Shown here piece after piece: positions 1 through 13,315 of a DNA stretch of 64,000 nucleotides. Numbering within the stretch: the first letter of the stretch is position 1; each line of letters starts with the position of its first letter. The stretch is from Eimeria praecox (Eukaryota), in contig OY986949.1 of assembly GCA_963920595.1 (NCBI GenBank), positions 1,922,001 through 1,986,000 of the forward strand, read 5' to 3'. A program made the translations under genes and the position numbers. The notes beneath the pieces are model-generated. The model saw only the letters and a list, made by a program, of their open reading frames with translations. It made no database searches and was not told the origin of the DNA.

Positions 1-3000
1 TGAACCCTTTGCTGTTGGCTGTCTCTTGTGCGCGGGGCCCTCAGGTGTCTCGGCCGCTGAGCTGTCCCCGCATCCTGATGGCACGCAACATGTTGAAGGT
101 GAGTTTGCACTGGCAGCAGCAGGCAAATATGAGGGGGGTTGCAGCGCATGCAGTGTGAGGACTGTACGAAGACACACAGGCACATATCTGTTTCGTTTTC
201 TTACTATCTGCTTCTCCCCCAGGCCGTCGTCCTCACGCCTTTGCCCTTCTACCGACCTGCCGTGCAATTGGCTGCTCTGCGGGAGCTGCGGCCTTTAGAA
301 CTCACGGGCCTCTGGAGGGCCTGGCAACGCAGAGGGTGGGTAACTGTCTTCAAGCCTCCAGCAGCAGCAGCCGCTGCTGCTGCTGCTGCTGCTGCTGGTG
401 TTGCCTCAGTCGCGCTGCCTTCTAGGGAGAAGAAGGAAGTGACAGCAACGGAGGGTGCGGGGAGACAGCAGCATTTGTACAAGAGACCGGAGATCGCCAC
501 AGCGCTTGAAGCCAAATGCCGTCGTCCGTTTGTCCTCAGCAGGTAATCTTACGCCTATCTCCTGTCTGCTATCGCTTGATGGTCTCCATCATAAGCTAAT
601 CGTTGGCTTTGCCCCTTTGTATGCGGTCTTGTGCTTATTTGCAGCTCCGCGCGCCTTTCGCTCTTTGGACGGCTGTGGGACTACCGGACTCTCTCAGCGT
701 TGCTCTTTTCAGCGCTCGAACTCACAGCCCGGCATGAGGGGGGCCCACCGGAGGAGGTCGCCGAGGCGGTTTCCCCAGAAGGACCAGCTGGTGAAGAGGC
801 CTTGCCCAGCGGGGACCCCACATCCCCATCAGGCTCTTCTACAGTGCATGCAGCACCAATCGCGTGGAAGGACTCCGAAGGAGACGATCCTCCGCCTGAG
901 CTCTTGCTGGCCCAGTTGGCTGCGGAGGAGGGGCAACGATTGGAGGAGGCAGAGGCTGCGGACGCATGCACGGAGGCCAACGACGGCGACTTGCAGCTTC
1001 TGCAGCTGCTCGAGAACTCCCGGCTACAACCGGCAGCTTCGGAGTGTCTGGCCACCTCGGAACCGCCTGAGGGAGTCTCCTTATCCGATTGCGGCAGGGA
1101 TAGAAAAGGAGACCGTGTCTCAGCAACCCCCCAGCTGCGCCGACAGAGGGAGGAAGAGGTTGTTGCAGTTGTTGGGAAGACGAGGGTGTCTCTGACCTCA
1201 GAGGTGTCGGGCTGCGAAGCGCTTGCGGCCCTTGAGGGCTTGGCTCGAGGGCGGCTGTGGCTCTCTCCTTTCTGGGGTAAGGACGGGCGTCTTCCAGATT
1301 CAACAGAGGCAGCAGCGGATGCCGAGCTGCTGAAGCTGCTGGAAGACGAAGACGCACTAGTGAGTTTTTTCCCTAAACTCTCTTCACCTCGAGAGCTATT
1401 TGCTGTTCAAAACCGAGACCTCCAACCCAGTAGCAGCGAGTTGCAACCAAGGGGGTCCCTGCGCGTTCGCTAGAAACAGTCAAGCTCCTAGAGCCTGAGG
1501 CGCAGGTGTACAGCCAGCAGGCGCGCTGCCCGTGAGCTGTAATGGGCCCCAAGCAGGAAAGGATGGGAATGGGGTGAGGTTTGAGTTATTGCCGCTTGGA
1601 ATGTGGATGTAGTTGGCGCTGTCTGTGGGACGCTGTGCAGGACGGGGGAGCTGAGGGCGAGGGCTTGTGGAACAATGTTCCTGAGTGGCTTAGTGCGTTG
1701 TCAGTGGGCCGGGGGGATGAAGGGGGCGACTTGTTGGGAGAGAGGCCTCTGAGGAGGCCAACGGAGGGCGGTATCGAAACGCATATCACCGCACATGCAG
1801 CGGGAGTGCCGGAGATGACAGCGATTACCTGCTCTGTCTTGGGCTTCTCTTCGTCGCGTGCTAGGCGGGGTCCGAAGGCGCTTGAAGGGGCCTCCATCAT
1901 GCACAGTAAAGATTCTGCAGAGGCCCCCGATAGGCCAGCAGAGGCAGCTGGATCTGCACCCCAGATTGGGGGGCTCTGTCGGGAGCTGCGGCTGGCGTTT
2001 GAGCGCTGCTGCTCCACGACAGCGCCGGGGGCCGCGTCCGCGCCTGACGCAGGGGCTCGCAAGCCACATGCAGCTGGGGTGCATGCTCATGCAGAAGGAG
2101 AGAGCCCTGCAGCACTCGAAAAGGCAGTGGAGGTGCCCCCCGCCAGCCACCTGGCTGACGGGCTCTTCGGTGCTGCGGGAGAGCTGGATGCCTTTGATCC
2201 CTCGCTGCTGCCGCCGGTATTGAATGACCGTACCGCTAGTGCAGCCACTTCTTTTGGCCTTTCGGAGGAAGCTCAGAGACAGACAGAGGTGGAAACAGAG
2301 ACAGAGACTGAGGGAGAGCTCGATGCAAACCGCAAGGCTTCAGCTGGCAGGCCCTGGCTCATCAGGCCGGGACTTCCTAGCGGCTTCCCGGTGTCTCTGC
2401 CCACGTATGCAGACGACCACCGACAGAACTGGCGGTTCGCTGCTAGAGCTGTAGAGTCATTTGCTCCTCCCGGTTGCCTCTGCAGCACCGCCTGTGGCTG
2501 CGTTCATGAATCCATGACAGTAATGACAGACAACTCGAGCGGCACCCCTTCGACTTCGCAGGCTTCTGGAACAACTCCGCTGTGCTTACCTGTGGCCCCT
2601 ATGCCGGCCTTCGCCAACAAGGCTCTCGAGCAGGCCTCCACGGCTGCTGCAGGGGAGGAAAGCAAAGATGAGGGGCCGTTGAATATCCTTACGCAGTACT
2701 TAGAAGGTCCCGCCGAGGCCCTACCGGACTCTTCTCCTGCTGGGGCGTGCAGCAGCAGCAGCAGCAAAAACAACTGCAACAGCAGGAGCGATACCAGCAG
2801 CAGCAGCAGTTCCTTCCGTCGCCAGCTACCTGTTCCCCTCCTTCAAGCTCTACAGGAAACGGCTCGCCTTGCTCTAAGAGTTCAGCGGGACGCGATTTTG
2901 CCTCTGCTGCCAACCCCGCCGCAGCCTCAGGCTGCTCGGCGGCTCGAGGAGGTGACTCAGCAGGAACTCGCAGCCAGTCCCTCCGCTTCCTCCCCAGATG

Positions 3001-4775
3001 CGGCTGCTGTTTCTGCTGCTGCTAGAAGCAGTGCGCCTGCAGCACTACCGCACGGAGGGGAGGAGACTCACGCGGACTGTGTGGTGTGCGTGGCTCTTGC
3101 ACTCTGCCCCGCGTGGCTGTTGAGTCGCGTGCTCAAGACGAAGGCCGAGGGCGTGGCGGTGCCTGCGTTGCTGCTGGATCTAGCAGAAGAGGCGGAGACA
3201 GCGGCAGCAAAAGGAGCTTCAGAAGAGCATACGGCACAGACAGGTTCTGGGCCGCAGTGCCCTACAGACAGCGGGCGTGAAGATACCTCAGCGAGCGGCC
3301 TGAGAGCTGCAGCCTGTCTCTCTTTCAGGCAAGCTGCACGCAAGCTGGCCCTCATGGGGGGCGGAGGAGAAGGGCTGTTGTCTCTTCACCCTAAGGCCGA
3401 TCTGACGAGGACTCCTGTGGGAACGCCCATGACAGCTGGCGAGGATCTCGGAAGCTGCTGCAAGGATTGCTGGGTGGCTGCGTGCGGCAGTCAGTTGTTC
3501 TTGGTATGCGTTGCTCTGTTGTGCACTCTCCGCCTTGTGGTGCCTGTCCCCGCTGGAGACAGCTGGAGATTAGTTTCTGCTGCCGAAGCAGCCCCCCGCT
3601 TTTGTCTGAAGGAACAGCAGGTTGTCCGCGATCCTCTGGCTGCTCGCTGGGCCTCTCACAGAGGCTCCTCTACTATCTGTCGTCTCGAAGACAAGCTGCC
3701 AACGACACAGAGAGCAGCTTCCGAGATCCCTGCAGCGAACGTGTCAGGCGAGACGCTGAAAGGAGAAGGGGACTCCTCAAGGGAAGGCCATATGCAGCAA
3801 AAACGCCTTCGCCCAGCAATGGTGCCGCGAGCCATTTGGGCTGCGTGGGGACCTGCAGAGGTCCGCGGCCAGCAAAACCAACAACAGAGCCGCCAGCAGC
3901 AGCAGCAGCAGCAGGATCAACAGCAGCAACATCCGTTGGAAGAGGGAGGGCAGCTGGCCTTGCCTGCTACGACTCTTCCATCAAATGGGGCTGCATGCGT
4001 TTCGAGTCTTATGACGGGCGCACTGCCTCTGACAGAGAGTTCGGAGGAGGGTTCTGCAAAGACTTATGAAACACAGGCGGAGTTCGCCTGCTCATTCTTT
4101 AGTGCAATGCTGACGTGGGAGGAGTATCCCTCCGGCCCGGCCTCTTCCCTGGGGGCCCAGGGGGCAGAGGGAGGTTCCTCCCTCTTGGCGTCTGCTTCGC
4201 CAAGGAGCCAATCCAGGCCAATGAAACTGGCGAGCGACTGGCTGCCAGCTTGTGCCTGGATGCGGCTAGATGGACGTCTGCACTCTTCCCTTGTGCAGCT
4301 GCTCTGTCTGCGGCTGTGGATGCTGTTGACGCAGAGACCAGGCAGCACCGCCCGGCAGCTGCAGGGGATGCTGTGTCTTCTTGATGACTGCGAGGTGCAG
4401 TTCTTGCTTCATACCCTTGTCGAGGAAGGAGTTGTCACAGCCTCTCTCCTTTGGGGGCCATCTGCAGCAGCTCCCCCTCCGAGGGGTGGAGACCCTGGTG
4501 CTGGCCGAGAGGGGGCTTCCAAGACCTGTCAAGGCACTGCAGACGCTGATTACAATGAACACGCGCTTCCAATGCAGGTAGAAAAACACAATAGCGGCAA
4601 CAAAGGAGCCGCTGGCGGCAACGGGGGAACAGGCGGCCTGTCTATGGCCAAGCACATACTGGACGTGCACGCCATATACTTGCCCAACGCAGCAGCAGAA
4701 GTCCTGCCCAAGTTCCAACCCCTTCTGCTGCCCAAGCTTGCCCGTTGCAGCTGCGGCTGCTCTGTGATGCTTTGA
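1..4775 (+). CDS. 3' part of a large multi-exon protein, possibly the TFIIIC B-block-binding subunit (Tfc3/GTF3C1-like); 5'-truncated by the window
   Basis: GT-AG introns at ~99-222, 543-644 and 1360-1640 join ORFs 139-546, 631-1473 and 1581-4775 (phase checked for the last two). The C-terminal LWMLLTQRPGSTARQLQGMLCLLDDCEVQFLLHTLVEEGVV looks like a winged helix resembling GTF3C1 C-termini. The family call is inference; the coding status is well supported. Confidence 0.6.
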
Positions 4776-5681
4776 GGCTGTCTGGTGTTTGGGCTTTCAA
4801 GCCAACATCTGATTGTTATTTTGTCTTATTTTATTTGTGCAAATATAATCCCATTTCGAGGTGGGACCCATTTGCGTGGAGGCCTCTGCGCGGCAGCTCA
4901 GAACGCAGTTGCATTTTTTGGTTGCCGAGACATGCCCCCTTATAGCACCTTGCTGCAGACAGAGATAACTAGCTTAATGTGGATCCCCAAAGGGCATATT
5001 GGTACTGAAACCTGGTGAAAGCCCAGATCATATATTAGCGCACTACGTAGTCGGCTACGCATGCTCTATGTGAGTAGTGTCTTTGGTGTCACGGTAGACA
5101 CGAGCGTGCCTTATGGCATTTTCCCCGGGATTGACGTTGGGGAGTGTGAAGAATGTTTGGACATTTCGCGGTTCTATCGTCTGGCAGACGTTCTCAGCGG
5201 TAATTAGCAGGGTCACTTTGTTTGTGAAGGCTCATTTTGTTCGTTCTCCAGTCAGACCGTCCCGCAAATAATGTGCTTTATTGTTCAGCTTCATGGGTCT
5301 TGTGGCATTATGTGGCATCTCAGTACTGAAGGGCTAGCTCACTCGATGGGAGCAGCTCCTGTGGTGGTCACCCATGCAAGGACCATTGGGTGGGCGCCCC
5401 ACATCTTTGCTCTCCTCTTTACCGATTAAAGCCAAGCAATAATCCAGTATATAAATATTAAATTATTATTCCCCAGGGTCCACCGAGCTGTTGGGTGAAG
5501 GGCAAGAGAAATACCACGCCCGCAGCCTCTGTGAGCGTGCTGGTGGCAGGTGCCATTCAATTCAATGAAATGGCCGCTTGAGACCTTCACGAGTCCTATT
5601 TTGTTTCTCAAAGAATATTATTTTACTCTTTAAACAACCCTTCATTGTCAAACCGTAGGCATTTTCAGCCGGTTCGTCATT

Positions 5682-7593
5682 ATGGCCAGCCGCACCTTCG
5701 TGGTCACTGGTTCCAACAAGGGCATTGGATTTGAAACGGTGAGGGAGTTGGGGAAAAGGCTGAAACTGAAGGAAGCGGCAATTGTTCTTTGCTCTCGAAC
5801 TTCAGATGCCGGCGAGGTAAGGCTTGGACAGCGTTTCAGTGACAACACTCCTTGTCCGCATTGACTCTATGCTCGAACGCAGCATGCGCCAGAGCAGTTG
5901 GAATGAATGAAAATGCAAAATAACATCATATGAAAGCTTTTCAAGCCTCCTTGTGTTTCCTTTCTGCGAGTAGCCAACGTTTTCCTGTGAGTGTGCAGTG
6001 TATTTTCCCCCGTGTACTTTTGTTTACTGCGCCAGACCGCAATTTCATCTCTGGCTAAAGAGGGCATAAAAGCAGACCTGGAGTTGCTTGACATTGCTGA
6101 CGAACGGAGCCGAAGAACCTTTGTCAAGTCTCTACAAAACAAGTACAAGCATGTTGACTGCCTCATCAATAACGCGGGTCAGCGCAGCGTCAGGACTTTC
6201 AGCAGAGCTCTTCTATGAGTTCAGGCACCACTGAAGTGCACTTGCTTTGCATTCCTTTATTCTTCCCTCAGGTATCGCCTTCCCGCCTGGGGCCAAGGAG
6301 CCGCTTGCTCACCAGGCAAAGGCAACATGTGCCGTGAACTACTACGGAACTCGAGATGTAAGTGTCTTTTGGGTAAAGAATAAGGGTTTCATTGCGTTTG
6401 ATTGCACACAGAAATGCGGCTTATATTCAATATCAGTTTTGGCCATTAAGCCAGTATGAGCACAGCTATGTCTAAAATAAGGTTCTCCAGATCCTGATGT
6501 GCAAGTTCAACTGCTGGAGAACGCGAATATTTTTGATCCAAAACTTTATTTTTTAAAGATATTCTGTTGGACAATATTTGAGGTCGCTACTTCTTGCGGT
6601 TTTTCCTTAGATCACTATGGCCATCTCACCCCTGTTCAGAAAGAACAGCAAAATTGTATTTCTGGCTTCGAATCTCGAAAACGCAGGGCCCCCCTTCATG
6701 AGCAAAAGCAACCGCGACCGCCTGCTGGCTCCCAATGCGACTGTCAAGGTGACTGCTGCTACATTCTCTCGCTTTAAATTTTGAGGATGCGCATTCATCC
6801 GCATTGACCGGCAGCCAGTTGTAGGGACTCTCCGGGCTTGCTGCTGATGACTGATAGGTGCAGGTGCTTTGTGTTGCTTTGGCGGTGGTAGGACATTGAT
6901 GATGCTGTCCGCGAGTACCTCCAAGTGGCACCTACTGAGTGGAGGCAGAAAGGATGGCCAAGGCAGCCATACTTGTTTTCAAAGGCAAGGGGTCCATCAT
7001 GGAAGCGCTCCCCTAACGTTGACTGAGAAGTTCCGAAGTATTTATTTCCACCCGCTTGCCCCTTATATGCATATCCGCCCAAGCACGTGTGAATATCAGT
7101 ACACCTCAAGTGTTGTATGCCTCTCCCATAGCTGTGTTGCTGATGCTGCATCTCAGGCCGCCGTCATTGGCTTAGCAGCTGCATTGGCGCGCCAGGCCGA
7201 TGTACGCACTCTAAACCCTAATGCAGAAGGAATCATTGTAACTGCATGCTATCCAGGTGAGCGACACTCTCTTTGCAAAGGCTAGGGAAGCGAGCCTCAA
7301 GGAAAGATTATGTCTCTGGCCTCCACTTAAGGGGCAGCGAAAGCTTGTAGGCTGCCTCAAGAAGCAACTTTCGTGGCGAGCTAAGAGATCCTTTGCAAGC
7401 GCATGTCTGCTGCTGCGGTGCAATCCAACACACAGGCTGGTGTAAGACCGACATGGCAGGCTGGAAGAGTCCCCCTCTCTCAGCTGCAGATGGAGGCAGG
7501 ATAGTGGCTCAGCTTGCCCTGGCTTCCGGCAGAAAGGAACACGGGCAACTCGTGGTAGAAGGCAAAAAGATAAAGACCCCTTGCCAGCTGTAG
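5682..7593 (+). CDS. Short-chain dehydrogenase/reductase, carbonyl reductase (CBR1-like), probably NADPH-dependent; 7 exons
   Basis: Exons 5682-5816, 6036-6177, 6272-6357, 6611-6748, 6892-6984, 7157-7256, 7436-7593. They give TGSNKGIG (Rossmann TGxxxGxG), LINNAG, VNYYGT, catalytic YLFSK and PGWCKTDM. Confidence 0.93.
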
Positions 7594-10379
7594 CCAAGCC
7601 ACTTGTATGTCTTGGAGCGTTCAGCTAATATGATTCTCTCCGCGCTGGTGGGGAGTAACCTAGACTTGTCTGTACTTTTGACTCAAGACATCCATCAGCC
7701 GATTGTCGGGTTCTTGCGAACGGGATTGCCTTCATTTGCTTCACCGCAGCACCGCTACACTAGAAGGCTCCCAAAGGCAGCCCCCAAAACTAGGCGATGC
7801 CAAAGCAAACCAAAGAATGCGCTCCACACTGCAGACGGCGGTCCAGCATGATATCTTCTCACAATTAATCACACCGAAATTCTCCAGCGGGAATTGAAGG
7901 CCCCTAATGGCTGCCTACGTGGCATAGGGCTCAATACTTACACTTCATGTCCGCTCCATGTGTGTGGCACTTGCTTTGTGCTGCGTTGCACCTTCTGAAG
8001 TGGCCGTGGGAAAAGTGAAAGATGCTGCTTCCGCGATCCAGGGGCAGCATCACTGTTACAACAAATCAAAGCTGGTCCTCCACTGCGGCAGGGGCAGAGG
8101 AGGACTATCTTGCAATCAAATGCAACCCTCAGTTCAACACGAGTAAATGCAACATTGTTTACTCAACCTGAAGGCAGCAGTCAGCTAACTCTGCAGTGCT
8201 ATCCCAGGGCCCTGAAAGGCAGGGTGCTGAGCATTAGCGGGACTAGGAGGAAGGGGAACGCAAGATATGCTCTGCTACGGTTGTGGAGACCAAAGAACAA
8301 AAGAGTCTGACTTGGAGCTCCTTCTAATCTGAAAGCTCACTATCTCTTGCTCTACGATAGGCGCGAAGGTTGGTTTTCGTTTTAAATGGGCACGAACGCT
8401 TGAGATTAATGAAGCATCCGCAGGCTAACAGAGCTTTCTGGGCGAGTTACGTGCTAGTGGTAGGGACTGAATGTGTACTGCAATGAAGTTTGTAGGCCGG
8501 CCCTGTGCTTCCGAGCACTTCTTCTAACAAGTGATAGATACATTCAAACCCGAAAGGCTTAACGGTGCCTCTAGACAAGAATTGATGCTTGAGGATGGTT
8601 CTTACGGAACCATCTTACCACACATCAGAGAAATTTTCTGTTTGGAAACAGCAACCTCACATCACTGTGAGTGATACGTACGAACGAAACAGCTCTGCGC
8701 TTCCCAGGTGTAGATTTACCAAATCAAGTGCGTTGTTACCTCCTGGCACGAAGGGCAGTAACAAGCAGTTTTCAACAGAAAGAAGATAAATGATGATGAA
8801 TGGTGCAAGCGCGACGTTTCGATTGCTTTGACTGAGCAAAAGCGCATTCCTTTGCCTCAATTTCTCTTGCTCTGTAGGGGTGTTTCGCTTTGCTTATAAG
8901 CAGCACATTGGTCTTGCAGTTAGACTCAGTTAGACTTGCTTTTACCCACGGCAGCATTTTAGGCTTGCAACTGGGTTTGCCTCAATAGATAGCAACATTT
9001 TAGGCTTGTATTTTGTCTTGTCTAGATTTATTGGTGCACTGCGCTCTGTAGATCTGAGCAAGTGCGACTGTTCCCACAAGCTCGCTGGCAAGTGGTGACA
9101 CTGTTTCCCTCCTCAGCAACAACTCAGGGATTTGTAGCAATCGTAGATACGAAGGAGATAATGAAAATCTCCTTATATTTATTTCTAATAGCTTTCTTTA
9201 TTCGCCGCGCTTGCCCCCCACTTGTGTAGCTTCCCTCCTTTGCACGTCGATTGGGCGCGTGCCCGGGATGGACGCGGCAAACCGCACGTCTACACGGTTT
9301 GATAACATTTTATGAAGTTTATGCATATGCTAACAATCTAATAATATAATTCACGAAGTAACGGCATCCTGTAACACTGATGGAGGAACAGGGAGGGTTG
9401 GACCCTGCGGCAGCCGACAGCCACTGTGGCTGTGACTACAGCAGCTCACCGGGCCTTCCACTGTTGTTGAGGCGTTCGACGAGAGGTATTCTTTCTTCAA
9501 AAAGCACTCAGAAATCCCTTTGCTTAATATTTGTTCTACGTAGTAAAGGAATTATTCAGCTTTCATCTTCTTTAAGCTTCACCGGTCGCCGTCGCCGACT
9601 GCCGCGCAACTCCAAGTGAGTCCGCCACACACCATTGAGAGCGCAGCTATTTGCATTTCCACTCTTTCTTTTGTGTTTGCTTCATACTAAAGTATTTTGC
9701 GTGAATCCGGACCATCACTTAGCTCCCAACAACAACGAGCCTATTGCTGCGGCGCCGCAGCGTCAGCGTCGTCGATGCTGTGCCATCGGTAGCCGCTGCC
9801 GAAACCAGCTGGCGGCGGCCTAGACAAGCGCTTTATGCTTCCTTCTCTTTTGGGATTCCCGTCAACTTTTGAAACAAATGCACACCTGTAGCTTAAACCA
9901 GTGTCATATGACTGGATGGAAAGTCCTCAATCAGTTGTCCGCAGCCTCTTCCAGAACTTCCTGCAGTTGCTGAATGCTGCGGCGCTACCCTGTCTCTGGC
10001 AGCTGCCCTAAACTGCTCCCGTCTCGCTATTCCTTTGCTTGCACATCTAGGTGGATTCTCCATGGTGCAGGGTGCCCCCTTGTCTGCGTGTTTGCCTTGG
10101 ATACGCTTGTTCCAACTGACTGTGCTCTGTGGGGTGTCTGCGGCATTTGCGGCTGTGTGTTGCGCTCTGCAGAAGTCCTACGAACTGCCTGCCAAGCATT
10201 TCCCCTGGGCTTAAGGCCCACAGCAAGCAACACCCAACAGCGGCATTTGGCTGTTGCCAACTCCGTCTGTTTTGCGCAGCATCCACTTTTGTTCAGAGCA
10301 TTTTAGTTCCCTGAATCACATCAAACTTTGGCACCTACACCCCCCAGAAGAATATCAGATCAGATCAGATCCTAAGAAG

Positions 10380-10997
10380 ATGGGTGATCGAGAACAAGCT
10401 GTGGCCGGTGTGCCCAGCCAACGCCTCTCGCAGTTGGCGTCACCTCAGCTGGTGCAGCGGACCCGACGGGACAACGCATTGGGGCAGGCGCACTCTGCCT
10501 TCAAAGACGAAATGAGTGCCATATTACGCCCCTGTCAGCCTTGCAACAGCAGCAGGAGGAATACTCCAAGAGACAAGATGACTCCTCAAGGGTACGCCGG
10601 TAAGTCGACAGCCGAACTCAACAACGCCATCTTTCATCATGGCAGCAAAAAGAAGTCTCCCGAGGCGAACAAGTCCGATCAAATGGCTTTTCTCTTTTCC
10701 TGTGCAAAGAATTCATCCCAACCGCCTTACAGAGGAGGAACGCGATCGCTGAAGCAGTACGTTGCAGCCGATCAACTTCCCCAGGCTTTCTGCACGAAAT
10801 TTCAGGTCACGGACCCCTTATCAGGCCGCACCGAAATCATGACAGCCCGAAGACCGGGAAAAGCCTCAGCTGAAATCAACCTCTCCAACTTTGACTCCTA
10901 TATGCTCCCCAAGGAACGAACATTCTCCTTGAAGAAGGCCAAGGACAACATAGACCACAGCATACTGGTGGGCCATCAAGAGACAATACCGTTGTAG
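10380..10997 (+). CDS. Hypothetical intronless basic protein (~205 aa)
   Basis: Long ORF with ATG at 10380 (MGDREQ...) and natural-looking composition in repeat-poor DNA; no recognised domain. Confidence 0.6.
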   Translation: MGDREQAVAGVPSQRLSQLASPQLVQRTRRDNALGQAHSAFKDEMSAILRPCQPCNSSRRNTPRDKMTPQGYAGKSTAELNNAIFHHGSKKKSPEANKSDQMAFLFSCAKNSSQPPYRGGTRSLKQYVAADQLPQAFCTKFQVTDPLSGRTEIMTARRPGKASAEINLSNFDSYMLPKERTFSLKKAKDNIDHSILVGHQETIPL

Positions 10998-13315
10998 TCA
11001 GCATAATAGTCAGTATTGCTGCTTACCCTTAAGTAAGAGGAGGCGCAGAACTCAATGAACAGCTGGCGATCTGACACCGTACTCCGATTCTTCTTAACTG
11101 GGGAAGCAGCAAATTTCCCCAAGTCATTATGAGTCAGCATAACAACAACTTTGGCACCTTGAGATTGGATGCTTAGGCAGTTGCACTGTTACTCCCATGT
11201 TTCTCATCCTTTGAGCATGACCATCATATACCGAGAACTAAGAAAACCGAGGTTAGCTGTGTATGAAAAGAATATCGGCTATTTATTTGCCTTTGTGGTT
11301 GACAGGGTCTAATGCCTAAGAAGAGCAAGGAGTTAAAGTTCTGTGTGCGCACCATCGCCAGGCAGCAACAGCTGCCGACTCTCGAGTGCAGAGAAGTACG
11401 TGTGTGCCGCTGCAGGTGGAAGCACCGCATAAGAAAGCCAGTTTAAGAGCGGGATAAGGGGGCAGCCAAGCCGTCACAGTGTTTGCCGGGAAGGGAAGGA
11501 AGAGGCGTTTTTGAGTGGGAAGTGTTGTGATTTTACTTAATATGCAGAACTGGATGACTCCCACCGCCGCTGCCAACGTCTGCAGGCCTTTGGGCCTCTC
11601 GAAGCGCCACAGTGCCTTTCCCTGGACCCCGTCCGACACCGACAACATCGCCCATACATTTGGAGGAGCGGTTGTGGCGTCCCCCCGCACCACAAGGGCT
11701 TGCATTAGGCCTGCCTTTATCTCCTAGTGACGGGCGCGTATTCAGAAGGAATATTTAGTTTGGCTATAGAGATGGGCTGGGTGGGGAGGAATTAAGTATA
11801 TTTCTGCTTGCGTGCATACGTACTACTACGCAGTGTGCCACGCCAAGCAGGGACAGTTTTAGGATTTTGCTTTAGCAGCTGCTGCTATTTCCAATCTTAG
11901 CAGTGAAGCACAGATTTTTAAGTTGAGGACCTCTTGCTCCAGGGCATTATTCAAATAGAAGGCTGCAAGCAAGCAATGCTCGCTGCTGGATGCAGTGAGT
12001 GTGCCTGTGTTGTGCCCATCGGTTTTTGTGTGAGGTGCCAGAAGCCACTCAGTAACCATCTTGAGCACGGATGGCCGATTTTTCACTAAACCTTTTCCGA
12101 GGTGCAGATTTCACATTTGTCTAATCCCAAAGACGATGCGGAAGAGCAGCATAGCGCGTAGCACGGAGTCGCAGACACTTGAGTTGGCTCGAAATTCGCA
12201 TCCACAAGACAAGTTTACGATAGAAAAATAGATGAATCTCTGAATATGTAGGGTATATGCATAAGCATATAAATATGGGACAGAGGCCATTCACGCAGTG
12301 CTGCCCTTGCCAGCAAGCGGGCAGCCCTCCAGTCCATTTGCACTTAGGAAGATAGAGAGAAAAACGTGGAGAATGTGGCTGTCTGTTGTTCTACTGTATG
12401 CATTTATTTTATTTGTACAACCTGGACTCACTGTGTCCCTCGCCATGTGAACTCACTGAAGATACGCAAGCAAAAGGCGAAGCAGCCGGCGTGGACCCAG
12501 TTACACTCCGGAATAAAATTTGGTATGAACCCTCGAGACAAGGGCTCTCATGAATGCATTTGAATGGAAAGATAACACATTACAGCACAGGCAAACAAAA
12601 CCTTCAAACTGTTTTTGCTGCGAGGGAAGCAGTTAAATCCTGCAGGGTTCGATCACCAAAAGATGGGCACAGACGGTTCACTTCTGTGAATAACGAGTTC
12701 CCCACATACACATGCCGCCTAAGCTCCCTTTTTAGCAAGTGGAATAAGTCAAGAAATTAATTACTGAATTAGTACATAAAAACGCCACATCACATTTGTG
12801 GCCCATAAACACCCCACCACCTTCAGGTGGGTGGGCTGACCATCCGAGCACACGCGGCCCCAGAAGACGTGATATCAGCCCTGTGTTTCGTATACTAATA
12901 AGGTGTCAACTCAGGATATTTTCACTTTTTCTTGACTTTTGTGCTGTATAAGTGAGAAGGAAGAGGGTGTAAATTAGCTGGCCTTTTCCGTTAGGTTCAG
13001 TGACCGCGACGGTCGCACTGGTGGTCTGGGGGTCACTTGACCCATTAGGTGGAAAAACCAGTCGCAAATTGCAGATTGACATAATTTCCTATATCCTCCC
13101 TTGATTTAGTTGAGGCTGTCCCTCCTTCAGTGTCACTGCCTACGATGAACGGCGGCCAGCAGGATGACTGCTCTGGAACCGCCGTGTGTCCACGCCTAAC
13201 GAGTGCCTGCAGCAAACCAACTCCACCGCAGGAAAACTCTCCGCCTCCCAAGTGGTGCTACACATATACAGGGGCTCTCGTAGGGGTAATCCACCGGTGC
13301 TCGTGGACTGCGCGA

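Noticed and set aside
7211..7220. Telomere-like CTAAACCCTA inside an SDR exon
   Set aside because: Single copy encoding LNP; expected by chance.
7600..10250. Short ORFs between the SDR and the 10.4 kb gene
   Set aside because: No coherent exon chain or recognisable motif; a small-exon gene cannot be excluded.
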